Part shown: piece by piece, positions 11,996-24,572 of the stretch | Numbering within the stretch: position 1 is the stretch's first letter | Layout of the letters: every line of letters starts with the position of its first letter | Assembly: GCA_024679065.1 (NCBI GenBank) | Contig: JAGIQG010000022.1 | Location: forward strand, 19,096,001-19,160,000 | Origin: Sphyrna mokarran | Taxonomy: Eukaryota | Direction of reading: 5' to 3' | Length of the DNA stretch: 64,000 bases | Translations under genes and position numbers: made by a program | The notes under the pieces: generated by a model | What the model saw: only the letters and a program-made list of their open reading frames with translations | The model's database searches: none | Told to the model about the DNA's origin: nothing

Positions 11996-12817
11996 TTGAA
12001 ACCTATCTCCTTTTGAAACTCCATATCTTTTTTTATTTTATAAGACACTGAAGTGTCTTGGGATATTTTGTTCATATAACACCATATCGTTATTGTTGTT
12101 ATAGGTGTCACACATCTCAAAGCAACCATTCTACTCAGAGGGGAAGATCATAAAATATGCACCAGTCTTCTCAAAAGTTTAAACCACTGGCACACCAGCT
12201 AAATTCAGGACAGCAAGTTGCTTGTGAGTTTTTTGATTCACATATATAAAATCATACATTTGTTTTCATATTTTATATGCAGTTAATAACATTACTTAAT
12301 TTATATTTAATTTCATTTCTACCCTTATTTTGTCTCAATAAACTAAAAATAATACAATTAGCACATTTTAAAATATGGTGCTGCCCATCATAGAAAAATC
12401 AATGAAAATAGAGATTACTTACAAATGACTGAATTTATAGAATTTGTTTTGTTTAGAGTTTGTTTTATAGAATTTGTTTCAGAACTCCTTTAAGGTTCTA
12501 TCCTGTTACAGGCTATAAGCAAAAAAATCTCATCTAAAATCTTCAATGACTTTGAAAAAAATCAGTAGTTAGAGTTTTTCATGAAGTCAGAATGGTCAAG
12601 AATTTTCAATTTTGAATCCAATCCTCACTTTGAAAACCCTGTTAAAATGTTTTTCCCATTCTAGCCTCTCAACTACAAGGACAATCTATGCCCAAGTCCC
12701 ACAGCAATACTACTAATTTGCGACTGGAAAATTAACAGGGAGTTCCTGGAGTGATTTATCTATTAATTTCCTTCTCTTCCCTCAAAACTTTTCCAGAGTC
12801 ACACTGGGCAGCACAAT

Positions 12818-13101
12818 GGGTGACACAGTGGCACAGCAGTTAGCACTGCCGCTCAGAGCACCAACAACTCCAGATTGATCGCTGTCTGTGTGGAGTCTGA
12901 ACATTCTCCCCATGTCTACGTAGGTTCCCTCAGGTTTCCTCCCATAATCCAAAAGTTGTGCCGGTTTAGTGCACTGGCCATGTTAAATTCTCCCTCAGTA
13001 TACCCAAACCGGTGCCGGAGTGTGGCAATTAGGGGATTTTCACAATAACTTCACTGAAGTGTTAATGTGAGCCTACTTGTGACACTAATAAATAAACTTT
13101 A
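12818..13101 (+). mobile_element. V-SINE with tail B
   Basis: Head + V-domain + GCCGGAGTGTGGCAATTAGGGGATTTTCAC...GTGACACTAATAAATAAACTTT. Confidence 0.9.
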
Positions 13102-13934
13102 ACTGATAATTCTTTAGGCATGTATCTGCACACTGCAATTTGATGATACACAATGCTGTTACTGCCTTAAATCATTTGGTATCCAAGTCACCAGTGATCA
13201 AGAGAGTAGGCTGGCATCTTGTTCACTGGTCTTCATGCCTTCGCACAAGGAAACACACAATAACATGTCAAAACATTAGTCAGAAAAACAAATTTGCCAA
13301 CTACTGAACTGTAAAACACAGATTATCATTCCATTAGCTGTAATTCATTTATGCTAAAACACAATGCTCCTCTTATTTAATGTTGCATATTACAGAAGAA
13401 TGACTCAGTTACAACACAAAAAGGCCTTAGCCAGATTTCCAGTAAATGCACAGTACAAGTACAGTTGAAATTATCCAACAAATACAATTTCAAACGGCTT
13501 GATATAGATCAGAAATAGCCACGATAAAATCATATGCAGTATTGTCTCATATTCATTAATGCCCCATCCTAGACCAACATAAACTTGTTGAAATTATTGG
13601 TACAAGGTCTCAAAACTGGCAACTTTGGGGCTGTGTCCAGGGCCAGATTTCAGATTTTCAGGTCAGTCAGATCAGACCAGCCTGGGTCAGCTGAGGTCAA
13701 GGGGCACTTGGACCACTCACAGCACAGGAAAAGATTTGCACATTAAGCTGATAACTAGCCAGGTGCACCACTGCACCAATACAACACTTGGCCAAACAAG
13801 CCAAGAAGCTATTTTATTCATTTGGTAATAATTAACAGTTTATAAAGATGAGTGGTTTTTGGATATTCCAATGTTTTCAGATAGCTGTATGAGAGACGCT
13901 ACCTGTACAATGCAAAAACAAAATGCCCAAGATC

Positions 13935-14445
13935 ACAGAATCCCTAGAGTGCAGCAGGAGACCATTCAGCCCATCGAGTCTGCATGAGGCATGCCCCCCA
14001 ATATAGGCAACATCCTTGTAAATCTCCTCTGTACGCTCTCAATAGTTTCCACGTCCTTCCCATAGTGAGGCAACCAGAACTGCACACAGTGCTCCAAGTG
14101 GGGTCTGACAAGGGTCTTATAAAGTTGTAGCATTACCTTCCGACTCCTAAACTTAATCCCTCTATTAAAGAAAGCAAGTACACCATATGCCTTCTTGACC
14201 ATATCCTCCACTTGCGGGGCAGATTTAAGAGTCCTATGGACCCGGACCCCAAGATCCTTCTGCTCCTCAACACTGCCAAGACTCCTACTCTTGATATTAT
14301 ACTCCTTCATTCCATTGGTCTCACCAAAATGGTCTACCACACGTTTATCTGCGTTGAAGTCCATCTGGCACTTCTCCGCCCAGTCTTGCATCCTATCTAT
14401 GTCTCGCTGCAACTTCAGACATCCCTCCAGACTATCCACCAACCT
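13935..14445 (-). mobile_element. CR1 RT C-terminal fragment joined to an HE1-type tail
   Basis: ORF 13966-14454 ..LQRDIDRMQDWAEK..LYKTLVRPHLEHCVQFW..QRRFTRMLP; 13935-13985 is a SINE/CR1 terminal motif. Confidence 0.9.
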
Positions 14446-15388
14446 TCGTATCATCGTTACTTTTTCTAGGTAGAAAAAATTCTGAATTTTGTTTCCCTTA
14501 ACAAGGATTTACATGTATGTGGGCACCACCTGCTGGTATTAGACTACAAAAATGAGGTGTAAGTTAGTGTGGGCTGTGTGTTAAAGCCTGGAACCAGATT
14601 ATATTCCAATAGCAGTTGTCTTTGTCCACATTACAGGATATGAAGAAACTAGATTTGACATTTCTGTTGTCCTCACATTTCAAATGTGGTACTAAGATTA
14701 AGATAATTAAAACTATGCTGTAAAAATTAATATTTCACTAAAAATATTTAGGTAAGTGTCCATTTATCATCATCAGGTAAGGTTAACTATGAAAAGGACA
14801 ATATAGATTTTAAAAAAACATTTAACTGTGGGAGAGCCAATATGGACATCATAGGTGTAACACTACATTATGTTAATAAATTTTAAAGTAAAAAAATGAA
14901 GTGACAGAAAAGGGATCAATTTTTATGACAGTCTACTACATATGAACCATAATGGAACAAAACAACCCTCCACCTCTACTCTCTTGTCTTACACTTCTTA
15001 TATTAATTATACATGCTCACCATTGAGTGAATGAGAGAGAAACACCATTGAAATACAAGTGGTTTATAGCCTAATGGCATTCACTCTAATACTTCAGAAT
15101 TAACAATTAAAAAAATTTGCTTGGTCACAAAATATTTACTTATATAATTTTTGTGCTATTATGTGATGATATCTTTTGGATAAGGTGTAAAACTGATATT
15201 TCAACAATAATTTTTGCCATAGTGTGGAGCATTTCCATCCAAGATTAATTTTTGGAGTCTATAACCAAGATGCTGAAAAAACCTATTTCTGATAATCCAA
15301 TGCTTGTAAAGCAAATTTTATGCATTTTGTTTTTATACAAGGGTTCATGACTCAGAAATTAATTAAAAAATGGAATGCCAACTCTTAC

Positions 15389-15432
15389 CTGCGTGGTTGG
15401 GACCTGCGTTCTTCTTCTCCACTGTCAGCCTC
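15389..15432 (-). CDS. SSH2: SSH2 coding exon 2 (44 nt)
   Basis: U-rich tract + cttgtag|GAG GCT GAC AGT GGA GAA GAA GAA CGC AGG TCC CAA CCA CGC AG|gtaagagt = EADSGEEERRSQPR(S). In frame with exon 1 and continues the SSH2 sequence (human EADSGEEECRSQPRS). Confidence 0.96.
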
Positions 15433-16739
15433 CTACAAGAGTTTAAGAAAATAAAAAAAAATTTTAAAAAAAAATCTCCATGAATAACAAGGAGTAAGAC
15501 TTGACAATTTATATAAATTCCTCCCTGGGCCAGAGATCTTAATTGGCATCACATTAATAATAATTAACAATTCCCACCAACAAGGGAGGGAACATAGGAG
15601 CAGGAGTGGAACATTTGACCCCTCAAGATTTGCCATTTAACTAGATCACAGCTGACCTTCCATCTCAAAGGTCCATTTTTTTTTCACAGAATCCCTATAT
15701 CCCTTAGCATCAAATGACAGGGAAGTACAAAAATTACATATTGTATTGACAATAGAGGAAGGTAATTAATATAGACTAAGATAATAAATGTATGAGAGAA
15801 AGAAGGGGGAAATGTTTCTGAAATATATTCAGGATAATTTTCTTAGTCAATAGATTCCTGGCCCAACAAGGCCAGAAGCATTGCTGGATTGGGTTCTGGG
15901 CAATGAGGTAGATAAGAAGATCAAGTCTAAGTAAGAGAACAGTAACCATAGCATCTTAAGGTCTCGATTAACTATGAAAAAGGGCAGTCTAGAGTTTAAA
16001 AATATACTTAATTGGAACACAGATGATTTCAGTGGGATGAGAATGGATCTGTCCAGGCAAATTGGAATCAAAAACTGCAAGCAAAACAATGGGCTGCTTC
16101 TAAAGAGGAGACAGTTTGGGTACAGAGGGAAAAATGATAATGCAACCAAAGCCAGAGCCGTCCTTAGCATTGCTAAAAAAATACTTGGGAATTAAGATTT
16201 ACTGGAACATTAGGCAGAATTATGGTACACCATTCGATCAATCAGGTCTAAGAATCCCTATGTCAAAACATAAAAGTTTGCTACTTTTCCATGACATACA
16301 GGAGAGCTACTCAACAGGTTTCCGCAAAGTGCAGAACTTTGATGGCAAATGCTTGACTATTGATGGTTGTATAAATGATCCTACAGCAGGTACGAATAGA
16401 AGATTTGCTGAACCAACGCAGAAGTTGCACAATCTCAAACAGAACCTGATGTAGAAACTATCATTTCCCTACTGCAACAGAAAGAGAACAAGATGAAGTA
16501 AAATAAGGATTTCATTTGACAGTTGTCAGAGTGAGCATATAGACAAAGGTAAATATAGATAATTCAGAAAGGAAATACAAAAAATGAAAGAGTATACGAC
16601 AAGAGACAAGCAGCTAACATAGGAGGGAATCTAGAAAGTCTTCAATAGGAATATAAATAAATAACAAGAGTAATAAGGAGGGGTCATTTAGAGATCAAAA
16701 AGGGAATATACACATAGAGGACATGGCAGAGGGATATAA

Positions 16740-17395
16740 GAGTTGTGTATGTAAGGAAAAAACAAGGTTTAGTTGGGTCACTCGAGTATTACAAGGTAGC
16801 TAGGAACAAGTTAAAGAAAGGGCTTAGGTGAGCTAGGATGGGGCATGAGAAGTCCTTGGCGGGTCGGATAAAAGAAAACCCCAAGGTTTTTTACCCTTAT
16901 GTGAGAAATAAAAGAATGACCAGGGTGAGGTTAGGGCCAGTCAAGGATAGTAGCAGGAATTTGTGCATAGAGTCAGAAGAGATAGGTGAGGCGTTGAATG
17001 CAGATTACAGAGCCAATGGCAGGGTTCTGAGGAATACAAAGGAACAGAGAGACTTAATAGAAGTTTATAAAATGATGAGAGAAATTGATAGAATGGACAT
17101 GCAGAGACTATTTCCTCGAGTGCTGTTACTAGGCGCACTACTATAAGGTTCATGGTAGGAGATATAGGAGGGATGTCCGAGGTAGTTTCTTTACTTAGAG
17201 AGTGGTTGGGGTGTGGAATAGACTGCTTGCTGTGATAGTGGAGTCGGAAACTTTAGGAACTTTCAAGCGGTTATTGGATAGGCACATGAAGCACATCAAA
17301 ATTATAGGGAGTGGATAGTTTGATCTTGGGATTGGACATAGCTCAGCACAACATTGAGAGCCGAAGAGCCCGCACTGTGCTGTAATGTTCTATGA
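16740..17395 (+). mobile_element. Internally deleted CR1 with intact 3' tail
   Basis: GHEKSLAGRIKENPK..EEIGEALN|ADYRANGRVLRNTKEQRDL|IEVYKMMR.. (two deletions); ends CCGAAGAGCCCGCACTGTGCTGTAATGTTCTATG. Confidence 0.88.
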
Positions 17396-17784
17396 ATGCG
17401 TATGGTAGCACATTCTTATTGGTAAAGTTGTAGTGAAAAGGGTGGTGGTTGAGATACTGGATAGGGTAAAACAACTGACAGCCCTGAGGTATTAGAAAGG
17501 CTGGTTGCATTCACAAGTTTGGGATACACCTAAAGATGTTGAAGGAATAAAGGATGGAAATTGCTGACTACAATCTTTCAATTCTCTTAGATTACCAGAG
17601 TGATGCCAGAAATTTGGAGAAATGCAAATGTCAGAAACTCTTATTAAAAAAAGTTGCAAAGATAAACTATTGGCCAATCAATTTCACTTTGTTGGTGGGA
17701 AAGCTTTTAGAATATATAATCCAGGAAAAATAAACAAACAATCATTATGATTTAGATAGTTAAAACTATGCAGTAAAAATTAAG

Positions 17785-17930
17785 GAGGCAATGGCTTAGT
17801 GATATTATCGCTAGGCTATTTATCCAGAAACTGAACTAATGTTTTGGGGACCCAGGTTCAAATCCCTTTTGGCAGATGACGGAATTTGAATAAAAAAATC
17901 TGGAAATAAGAATCAGTGTCGATTGTTGAA
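17785..17930 (+). mobile_element. tRNA-headed SINE (third family) 5' part
   Basis: A-box TGGCTTAGTG, B-box GGTTCAAATCC; body overlaps with the minus-strand copy at 46010-46250. Confidence 0.65.
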
Positions 17931-18134
17931 AGCATCACATGCCAGCAAAGTTATAGCCCATGAAACAAAAGGGAGCAGTGGAAGCATGAATACAAAGTTA
18001 GTTAGTTGAGTGACAAGTGACGGTGAAGCCTTTTTGTCAAATTGAAGAAAGGAAAACAGCGAGGTTCCTGGAGTTGGTGCAAGGACTCCTGCTATTCCTC
18101 ATATATATCAAATGATCTGGATTTAGAAGTTCAT

Positions 18135-18646
18135 GTTGATAAGGTTCCCACAGTAGACTCATGAAGAAGATGAGCATGCGTGGGATAGAAGGAAATTTGG
18201 CTGATTGGATAAATAATTGGCTGCATCATAGAAGACAGAGGGTGGTGGTGGAAGGAAAATCTTCAGACTGGAGGCCAATTGCCAGCGGTGTACCACAGGG
18301 GTCAGCACTGGGTCCTCTGCTGTTTGTGATTTTTATCAATGACTTGGAAGAGGGGCTGGTTAGTAAATTTGCTGACAACATTAAGATTGGTGGAGTACTG
18401 CATGAGCTAGAGAACTCTTGCAGGCTGCAAAGAGACACTGATAGGATGCAGAGCTGGGCCCAAAAGTGGCAGATGAAATTTAACCCTGGTAAATGTGAGG
18501 CGATTCATTTTGGTGGGACAAACTTGAATGCAGATTACAGAGTCAATGGCAGGGTTCTGAGAAACATGGAGGAAGAGAGAGACTTAATAGAAGTTTATAA
18601 AATGATGAGAGAGATTGATAGAGTGGACATGCAGAGACTATTTCCT
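18135..18646 (+). mobile_element. CR1 RT fragment sharing the RDL|IEV deletion
   Basis: ORF 18161-18688: GVPQGSALGPLLF..KFADN..EERDL|IEVYKMMR. Confidence 0.9.
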
Positions 18647-18944
18647 TGTCACTCCTGCAAAATGCATGGAATGACAAGGCTCCATTAGTTTCTTCGAATA
18701 TCTAATCCTTATTAATAGATGCGAGTGTAAAAAATATTGCACATTAAAATCATGTTAAAATGATTAAAAATGGATTAGAATTCTTTTTAAGTGCTTATTT
18801 AAAATCTTCCAATTTTTCATCCCACAATTGTCTGATACTTTCTAACATCAGCTAGGTCCCCCATAGATAATCAACTCCAAATCCACCACCATTCCCTAAC
18901 TCTCATTTTTCCAGTCCAACATATGAAACAACTCCTCAACCACT

Positions 18945-19070
18945 TTTTTGATTTATTTATTATTGTCACATGTATTAACATGCAGTGAAAAGTATCGTTT
19001 CTTGTATGCTATACAAACGAAACATACCATTCATAGAAAAGGAAACAAGAGACTGCAGATTATAAATTTA
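18945..19070 (-). mobile_element. Rex1 3' UTR fragment
   Basis: TTTGATTTATTTATTATTGTCACATGTATTAACATGCAGTGAAAAGTAT = revcomp of the Rex1 terminus. Confidence 0.8.
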
Positions 19071-19649
19071 CAGTAATAATAACTTACCCTTTCAGATGCA
19101 ATTCATATGTCTTCCTCCAACCCACCATCTATAATCCTCTCTCCCTTTAGCACATTCCATCAGTGAAGCCCACTATGGCTCTCAACCATCAGATGAATTT
19201 GTCTGCTCCTTGAACCACCCGCTCCTCTCATTTCTTTCTCCTCGTCTCCATGCTAAAAAAATGGATTTAACCTTACTATTCAGTCCCCTCGCCCTTGAAA
19301 GAATAATTTGCCAGCGTCACTCCATCCTTCTTGATTCTTATTTGCTCGTTCTCTTTCTTGGTTCCTTCTTCTCCTCTCCTCTTCCCATCTCCTCTCAGCC
19401 TTCTCCCTTATTTGGATCCAGTCTTCTAACACTGAAAAACCTAAATGCTGCGCTTGTTATACACACTAGAGTGAAAAACCTGGGAAAGATCAATAAGTAA
19501 AACTAAATGAATGTACAAGAATCTGAAAGCTTCAACATAAAACATCACTTTACACTGACATACCACAAGAGGGCAGCAATATATTTTCAGTCCCTTTCTT
19601 GAAAAAGACTTATTTAGAAGCATTTTATCATAAATCTCAAATGGAATAA

Positions 19650-19950
19650 GGGGTGGGATTCTCCCAAAAAAATTCTTAAGTGTCGAACGTGTGTAAAAAC
19701 TGCAGTGTTTTTTTTCAGTGGGACCTTCAAAATGAATGTCCCGCATTCTGTATACTTCAGAGCGCACTAGCGTGAATCTCATTAGAAATCCGGGGGTGGG
19801 CTTATCCACTGAGTCGGCTGCCAGCCCTAAAGTGCATAGCGCTGAGTGGGCTACTGCACATGCGCCGATCTGTCATAGCAGCGAGATCGGCGCAAGCACA
19901 GCAGCCTCGCACTGCTGGCCTCCCGGTCATTCGATCGCTGGCCATATGAC
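19650..19950. mobile_element. GC-rich MITE/DNA-transposon remnant
   Basis: Starts GGGTGGGATTCTCCC (TIR-like); CpG-rich against an AT-rich background; other end not seen. Confidence 0.45.
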
Positions 19951-20379
19951 CACTGTACTACATGATTGATGGAGGGAGGGAAGAGACTCTAGCAAGCCCA
20001 GAACCTTCAGTTCTGGTTCCACTAATGACATGGAAATTATTATTTAACTAATTTATGCAGCTCCTTGTTGATTTCTGGTCCTAGTGCTGACGGTACTGGA
20101 AACCCACCAGCCTGAGACAGACTGATGCTGTGGCGCCCAGGAAGAAGCCCAATACACAGCCTCTACTTGAGCCTCCCAGCCCCTGCTGCACAGCTGATGC
20201 AGCGAGCTGGAAGAATCACCCCCAAGGTGTTTCAAAATAAAAGCCCCCTTGGCTCATCATGCTGAGACCAGTACTAAATCTAAACTGACATCATGAATTG
20301 TTGTAATCTAACCTAACTACGCATTCCTGTCCATAAAATATTTTTTAAAAATCAATGCATATAAAGGAATCAGACATAA

Positions 20380-20500
20380 TGGCCAGAATTTTACTGCGTC
20401 GCCCGCTCTGCAATAAGAGTGGGCGAGGCTCCAACGGGGAATTCTCCGTTGGCCTTGGGAGGAGTTTTATGAGTCTCGCCCGAGCAAGGTCATGAAATAG
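20380..20500. mobile_element. ~125-bp MITE
   Basis: GGCCAGAATTTTAC start; similar to 26737-26862 and 61548-61675. Confidence 0.55.
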
Positions 20501-22029
20501 CGTCAAATGATTAACAGCTTATAAAGCTGAATCAATGTTGTATTCCAGATTCTAACATCCCTTTGCACAAAGAAACATTTCTTCCAACTTCCCTTCATGC
20601 TCTAGAATAGATTGAAGCTAACATCTTATTACAGATTTATCAATGAGTGAATATAATCTCTCATTATATTGACATACTAGATTTTTTTAAATTCAGTATC
20701 TGCAAAGAAGCCACTTTAATCCCAAAACATCTTCAAAACAACAATTAGATGTGTGACTCAATCATCTGTTTTTCGTGGCATTAGTTAAGGAATGAATATT
20801 GGCTAAGATACCTGGAGCATTTATCACATTTGATAACACATGATTTTAGACATCCAAATATCATTTCTCCCTTCCCTATACAATTCCTCTAGCAAGCTGC
20901 TCATTCATCCCATATTTTTAGTGTCTGTGAAATCTCCACTTTATTTTTGAGCCCTACAGAGAAATACCTCTCCTTTGTTCTTACTATCTCATAAGGTCCC
21001 AGTTTCAACTGCCACTCTCCATATAACCTCCACATCGCAGTCTTTACTGAATCCTAGTGAATTTTAGAGCACATAGCTTTTCTAAAGAGGATATTTATTA
21101 ACAAAGTCTACTTAATTATAAATTACAATACATTTATTGGAAAATTCAACACAGTCAGGTTTAGAATCACCTTCATTCGCACACACTAACTAGGGACACT
21201 CATTTTACAGAGATCACAAATGGCAATCTTGATTGTTTATTTCCCCACCACTCCACTCAGGGGAACTCAAATCAAATAAAGTTTAACATTTTGCTGGTGC
21301 GATCCAATCCTAACGCATTAGACTGTGAAACCCATTTGATAAACTGAGAGCCATGTGGGTGGTTTGAGAGTTGTTATTCAGGTGGGCCTGGAAGCTTCAG
21401 TTGTTGAGTGGGGATGATGTAGACTTCAGATATGTTTATTGCCTATGTCCTTCTAGATCAAACTTCTCCAATCTTTTCGTGCAAGAATCCACATTTCAAT
21501 TGTTTTCACATTCAAGGGGCTAATGAACAAACTTTGAAAAGGTTTGGTACACATGAAGTTCAATAAAATGTTGAAATGCGAAGAAAAGAAATAGCTGGAC
21601 AAGCAATGTTAAAGCAATGGAATGATAATTTAAAATGCTGAGTAAATAAAAAAGATGAGCATTAGGGTGCAAGTGAGTCAAACTGGGCTTTCCTGGTTCG
21701 ATTGCACTCTTCTTTATCACATACTGTGTGAATTAATGCAAGTGTGCTAGTGTGTAAAAGCGAGGATAAACCTTGAGATGAGGAGTGAGCCAGACTCATA
21801 TATTCTAGCCCCCCAACTCCCACAAACGGAGCAGCTAGTCTACTCCCTGACACAGCCAGTCTCGTTCCCTTCACCACCAAACCCAAAATGGCAGCCATTT
21901 TTCCCCAACTCACAAGCCACTTTCTCCACATTTGTAAGTCATTTTGACCATTCCAGAAGTCATTTTCACTTTTTCCTATCTGCAGTTCAGTTTTTGGTAA
22001 CTTCCCAGGATGCTGCTAATGGGTGTTTC

Positions 22030-22780
22030 AGCGGCAGTAATGCCATTGAGTGTCAAGGGGTGAATGATTAGATTTGGTCATTGCCTGGCACTTGTGTGTT
22101 ATAAATGTTACTTGACACTTGTCAGTCCAAGTCTGGATGTTGTCCAGGTCCTGCTGCATTTGAATATGAACTACTTCAGAATCAGAGTCGTCATGAAAGG
22201 TGCTGAACATTGCTGATGCATCTTCACTTCTGACCATATTATGAAAAGAAAGTAATTGATGAAGGAGCTAAAAGGAAGATTGGCTCTCAGACACCATCCT
22301 GATTTGATTTATTATAGTCACATGTAATTGAGATACAATTAAAAGTATTTTTTCTTGCATGCTATTCAGGTTCACAGAGAAAAGCAGAGAGTGAAGAATA
22401 CAGTGTTACCAATCACAGCTAGGGTGTAGAAAAAGATCAGTTTAATATATGATAGGTCCATTCGAAAGTCTAATGGCAGCAAGAAAGAAACTCTTCTTGT
22501 ATCCTGGAGGAACTCCTGTAGTGATATCCTGGAGCTGAGATGACCTATTGCCAACAATCACAACCATCTTTTTTATATTAGGTATGCCTCCAATCAATGG
22601 AGAATGTGCCCTCTGATTCCCATTAACTCCAGTTTTGCTCGGGCTTCTTGATGCCATGTTTGATCAACTTCTTTGTATTTGCTTGAATCAAGGCTGTAAT
22701 GAGGTCAGGAAAAGAGTGCCCTGGTGGAACCCAAACTGAATGTTACTGAACAGGTTATTGCTAAGCAAGCCCTGCTTAAA
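22030..22780 (-). mobile_element. Old LINE RT fragment with a nested Rex1 3' end (22300-22500)
   Basis: ORF 22028-22237 MQQDLDNIQTWTDKCQVTF..KCQAM; ORF 22442-22657 ..DITTGVPPG jumps into KKSFFLAAIRLSN (Rex1). Confidence 0.75.
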
Positions 22781-23037
22781 ATGTCAAACTCCACATGACA
22801 TAACCATCATCTGAACTTGTAAGAGCTCAAGTTTATTGAATGTGGAGGGGTGGCAAGGTGACATCAGCCAAGACAGTGTTCAATTAGTTGAACTTTTGGT
22901 CACCTATCCAAATATCTTCTGATGCAAACTCAAAAGGCAAATGTTGGCTTATGTTACTTTTATGAAATGCCTCAGAACATCATTATATTAACATGTCAAT
23001 ATAAAACATTTGGGGTGGAGGACACAACTATTCCATT

Positions 23038-23862
23038 CTGCTGCGTTTTTTTTGTGCAATAGGATAGGAGACTCTTGTAGCAGCCAATTCAAGACATTCG
23101 CGTTGCGTTTCTGGGCATACATGCAACTCCCAGCGCCAGATTTCCAGCACTATCAGCTTCACGCCAAGCTGCACAACATACATAGCTTTTAATTTAAATA
23201 TATTTTAAATAACATTAGTGGGCCCAAGACTCAAATCTTCCACCTCACTTGCCTCTCACACCCCACCAGTAGTTCACTCCATTCACTCCAGTGGGGTTTA
23301 CTATATCTCCCCACTTGTGGGGAGCTTGTGGCTTGATCCCACTAGAGTAAACGTAGGCGTGGGGGTGCAATCAAGGCCCCCCCAGAGGGTTGGCCGCTGA
23401 ATGGGGTTGGGGTGCCACTGAGCAGTGCTATCTTGGCAGTGCCAGCTTGTGACCCCAGGTACTATCCAATGGGCAGAGTGCCATGACCAGGAGACACTTA
23501 GGCCCAGGCTCGCACTGTCAAGGTGCTAGTGCCCAAGGGCACCTTCTGCATCTGAACCCTCTGGAGCCCTCGACTGTCGCCCCCACCACCCCCCTTCACT
23601 CCAACGGGGTCAGGTCTCTTGTTCTCCATTAGTTGAGAGCCACTGTAATCCCCGCTGGAGTGGAGCACTCTGATGGGTAGGCAGGATTGGAGGATGTTAG
23701 AGGCCCAGAGACGTAAGCCCCAGGCATGCTAATGATATTCAAATTGTATTAAAATGTCCATTTAAATAGAGTTGGGAGCAAGGTGTGAGCGCATGTGCGA
23801 ACGTTGCAAATCAGACGGCGCAAGAATTTTCTGATCCACTGCTGTAAAAAAATAGCGCAGCA
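23038..23862. mobile_element. ~830-bp degenerate palindromic MITE
   Basis: CTGCTGCGTTTTTTT at the left vs AAAAAAATAGCGCAGCAG at the right; internal mirror pairs such as CACTCCAGTGGGGTTTAC / GTAATCCCCGCTGGAGTG. Confidence 0.65.
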
Positions 23863-23884
23863 GTGCTAATACTCCTGATAATAA

Positions 23885-24070
23885 GGAGCAATTTGACATG
23901 GTCAATCAACCTAACCCACACACTTTTGGATTGTGGGAGGAAACCAGAACATCCAGAGGAAATCCATTAGACATGGGTAGAATGTGCAAACTCCACACAG
24001 TGACTCAAGGCTGGAACCGAACCTGGGTCCCTGAGGCTGTGAAGCAGCAGTGATAACTACTGTGCAATGT
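23885..24070 (-). mobile_element. V-SINE head + body
   Basis: TGTGGGAGGAAACC..TGTGCAAACTCCACACAG..GAACCTGGGTCCCTG. Confidence 0.85.
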
Positions 24071-24129
24071 GTTAACTTAATTCTATTTTCTACCCTCCAT
24101 AAATTTGAAGTGACCCAAAATTATGTTGC

Positions 24130-24572
24130 TCATGCCCCTTACATCAAGTCTCATTCACATTCACCTGTGTTCATCAACCTACACACTTTCTCGATTAAGC
24201 AAAACTTTACTTTAAAACGGCCATCCTAGTTTTTAAATCTTTCCATTACTCCACCCAAGCTCTGTAACTCCTCCAGCCCGACAACCCTTTAAGATTTCTT
24301 TCAATACCGGCCTCTTGTCAGTGATCTTAATCACAGCCTTCAGCTGCGAAAGCCCTAAGCTCAAAAATTCCCTCGTTAAAACCTCTCTGCTCGTCTCCCC
24401 CTTCAAGACCGCTAAGTTCATCAACTCCTTAAGACAACTTCTTTGACCAAGCTTTTAGTCATCTCTTAATATCTAATGTGGCTCAAATTCGAATTTTTGT
24501 TGTATTACATTCCTGTGAAGTACCTTGGGATGTTTCATAACAATGAAGGCACTTTGTACCAGCATGAGCTGT
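24130..24572 (+). mobile_element. L2-type LINE 3' end
   Basis: Ends CCTGTGAAGTACCTTGGGATGTTT..AAGGCAC; related tails at 9150-9270, 25900-26175 and 46585-46830 (-). Confidence 0.7.

Larger units (their letters stand above)
15715..18130 (+). mobile_element. Old fragmented CR1 (APE to RT) hosting younger inserts
   Basis: Collinear decayed pieces at 15715-16130 (..FLKYIQDNFLS..PTR..ALLDWVLGN), 16540-16740, 17400-17730 and 17935-18130. Confidence 0.65.

Noticed and set aside
1-15388. SSH2 exon 3 (ISESFLTVKGAALFLPRG)
   Set aside because: Not found by eye on the minus strand; presumably left of the window.
13990-18646. Inverted CR1 fragments flanking exon 2 as circRNA drivers
   Set aside because: Different subfamilies with limited overlap, and a 44-nt exon is too small to make a convincing single-exon circle.
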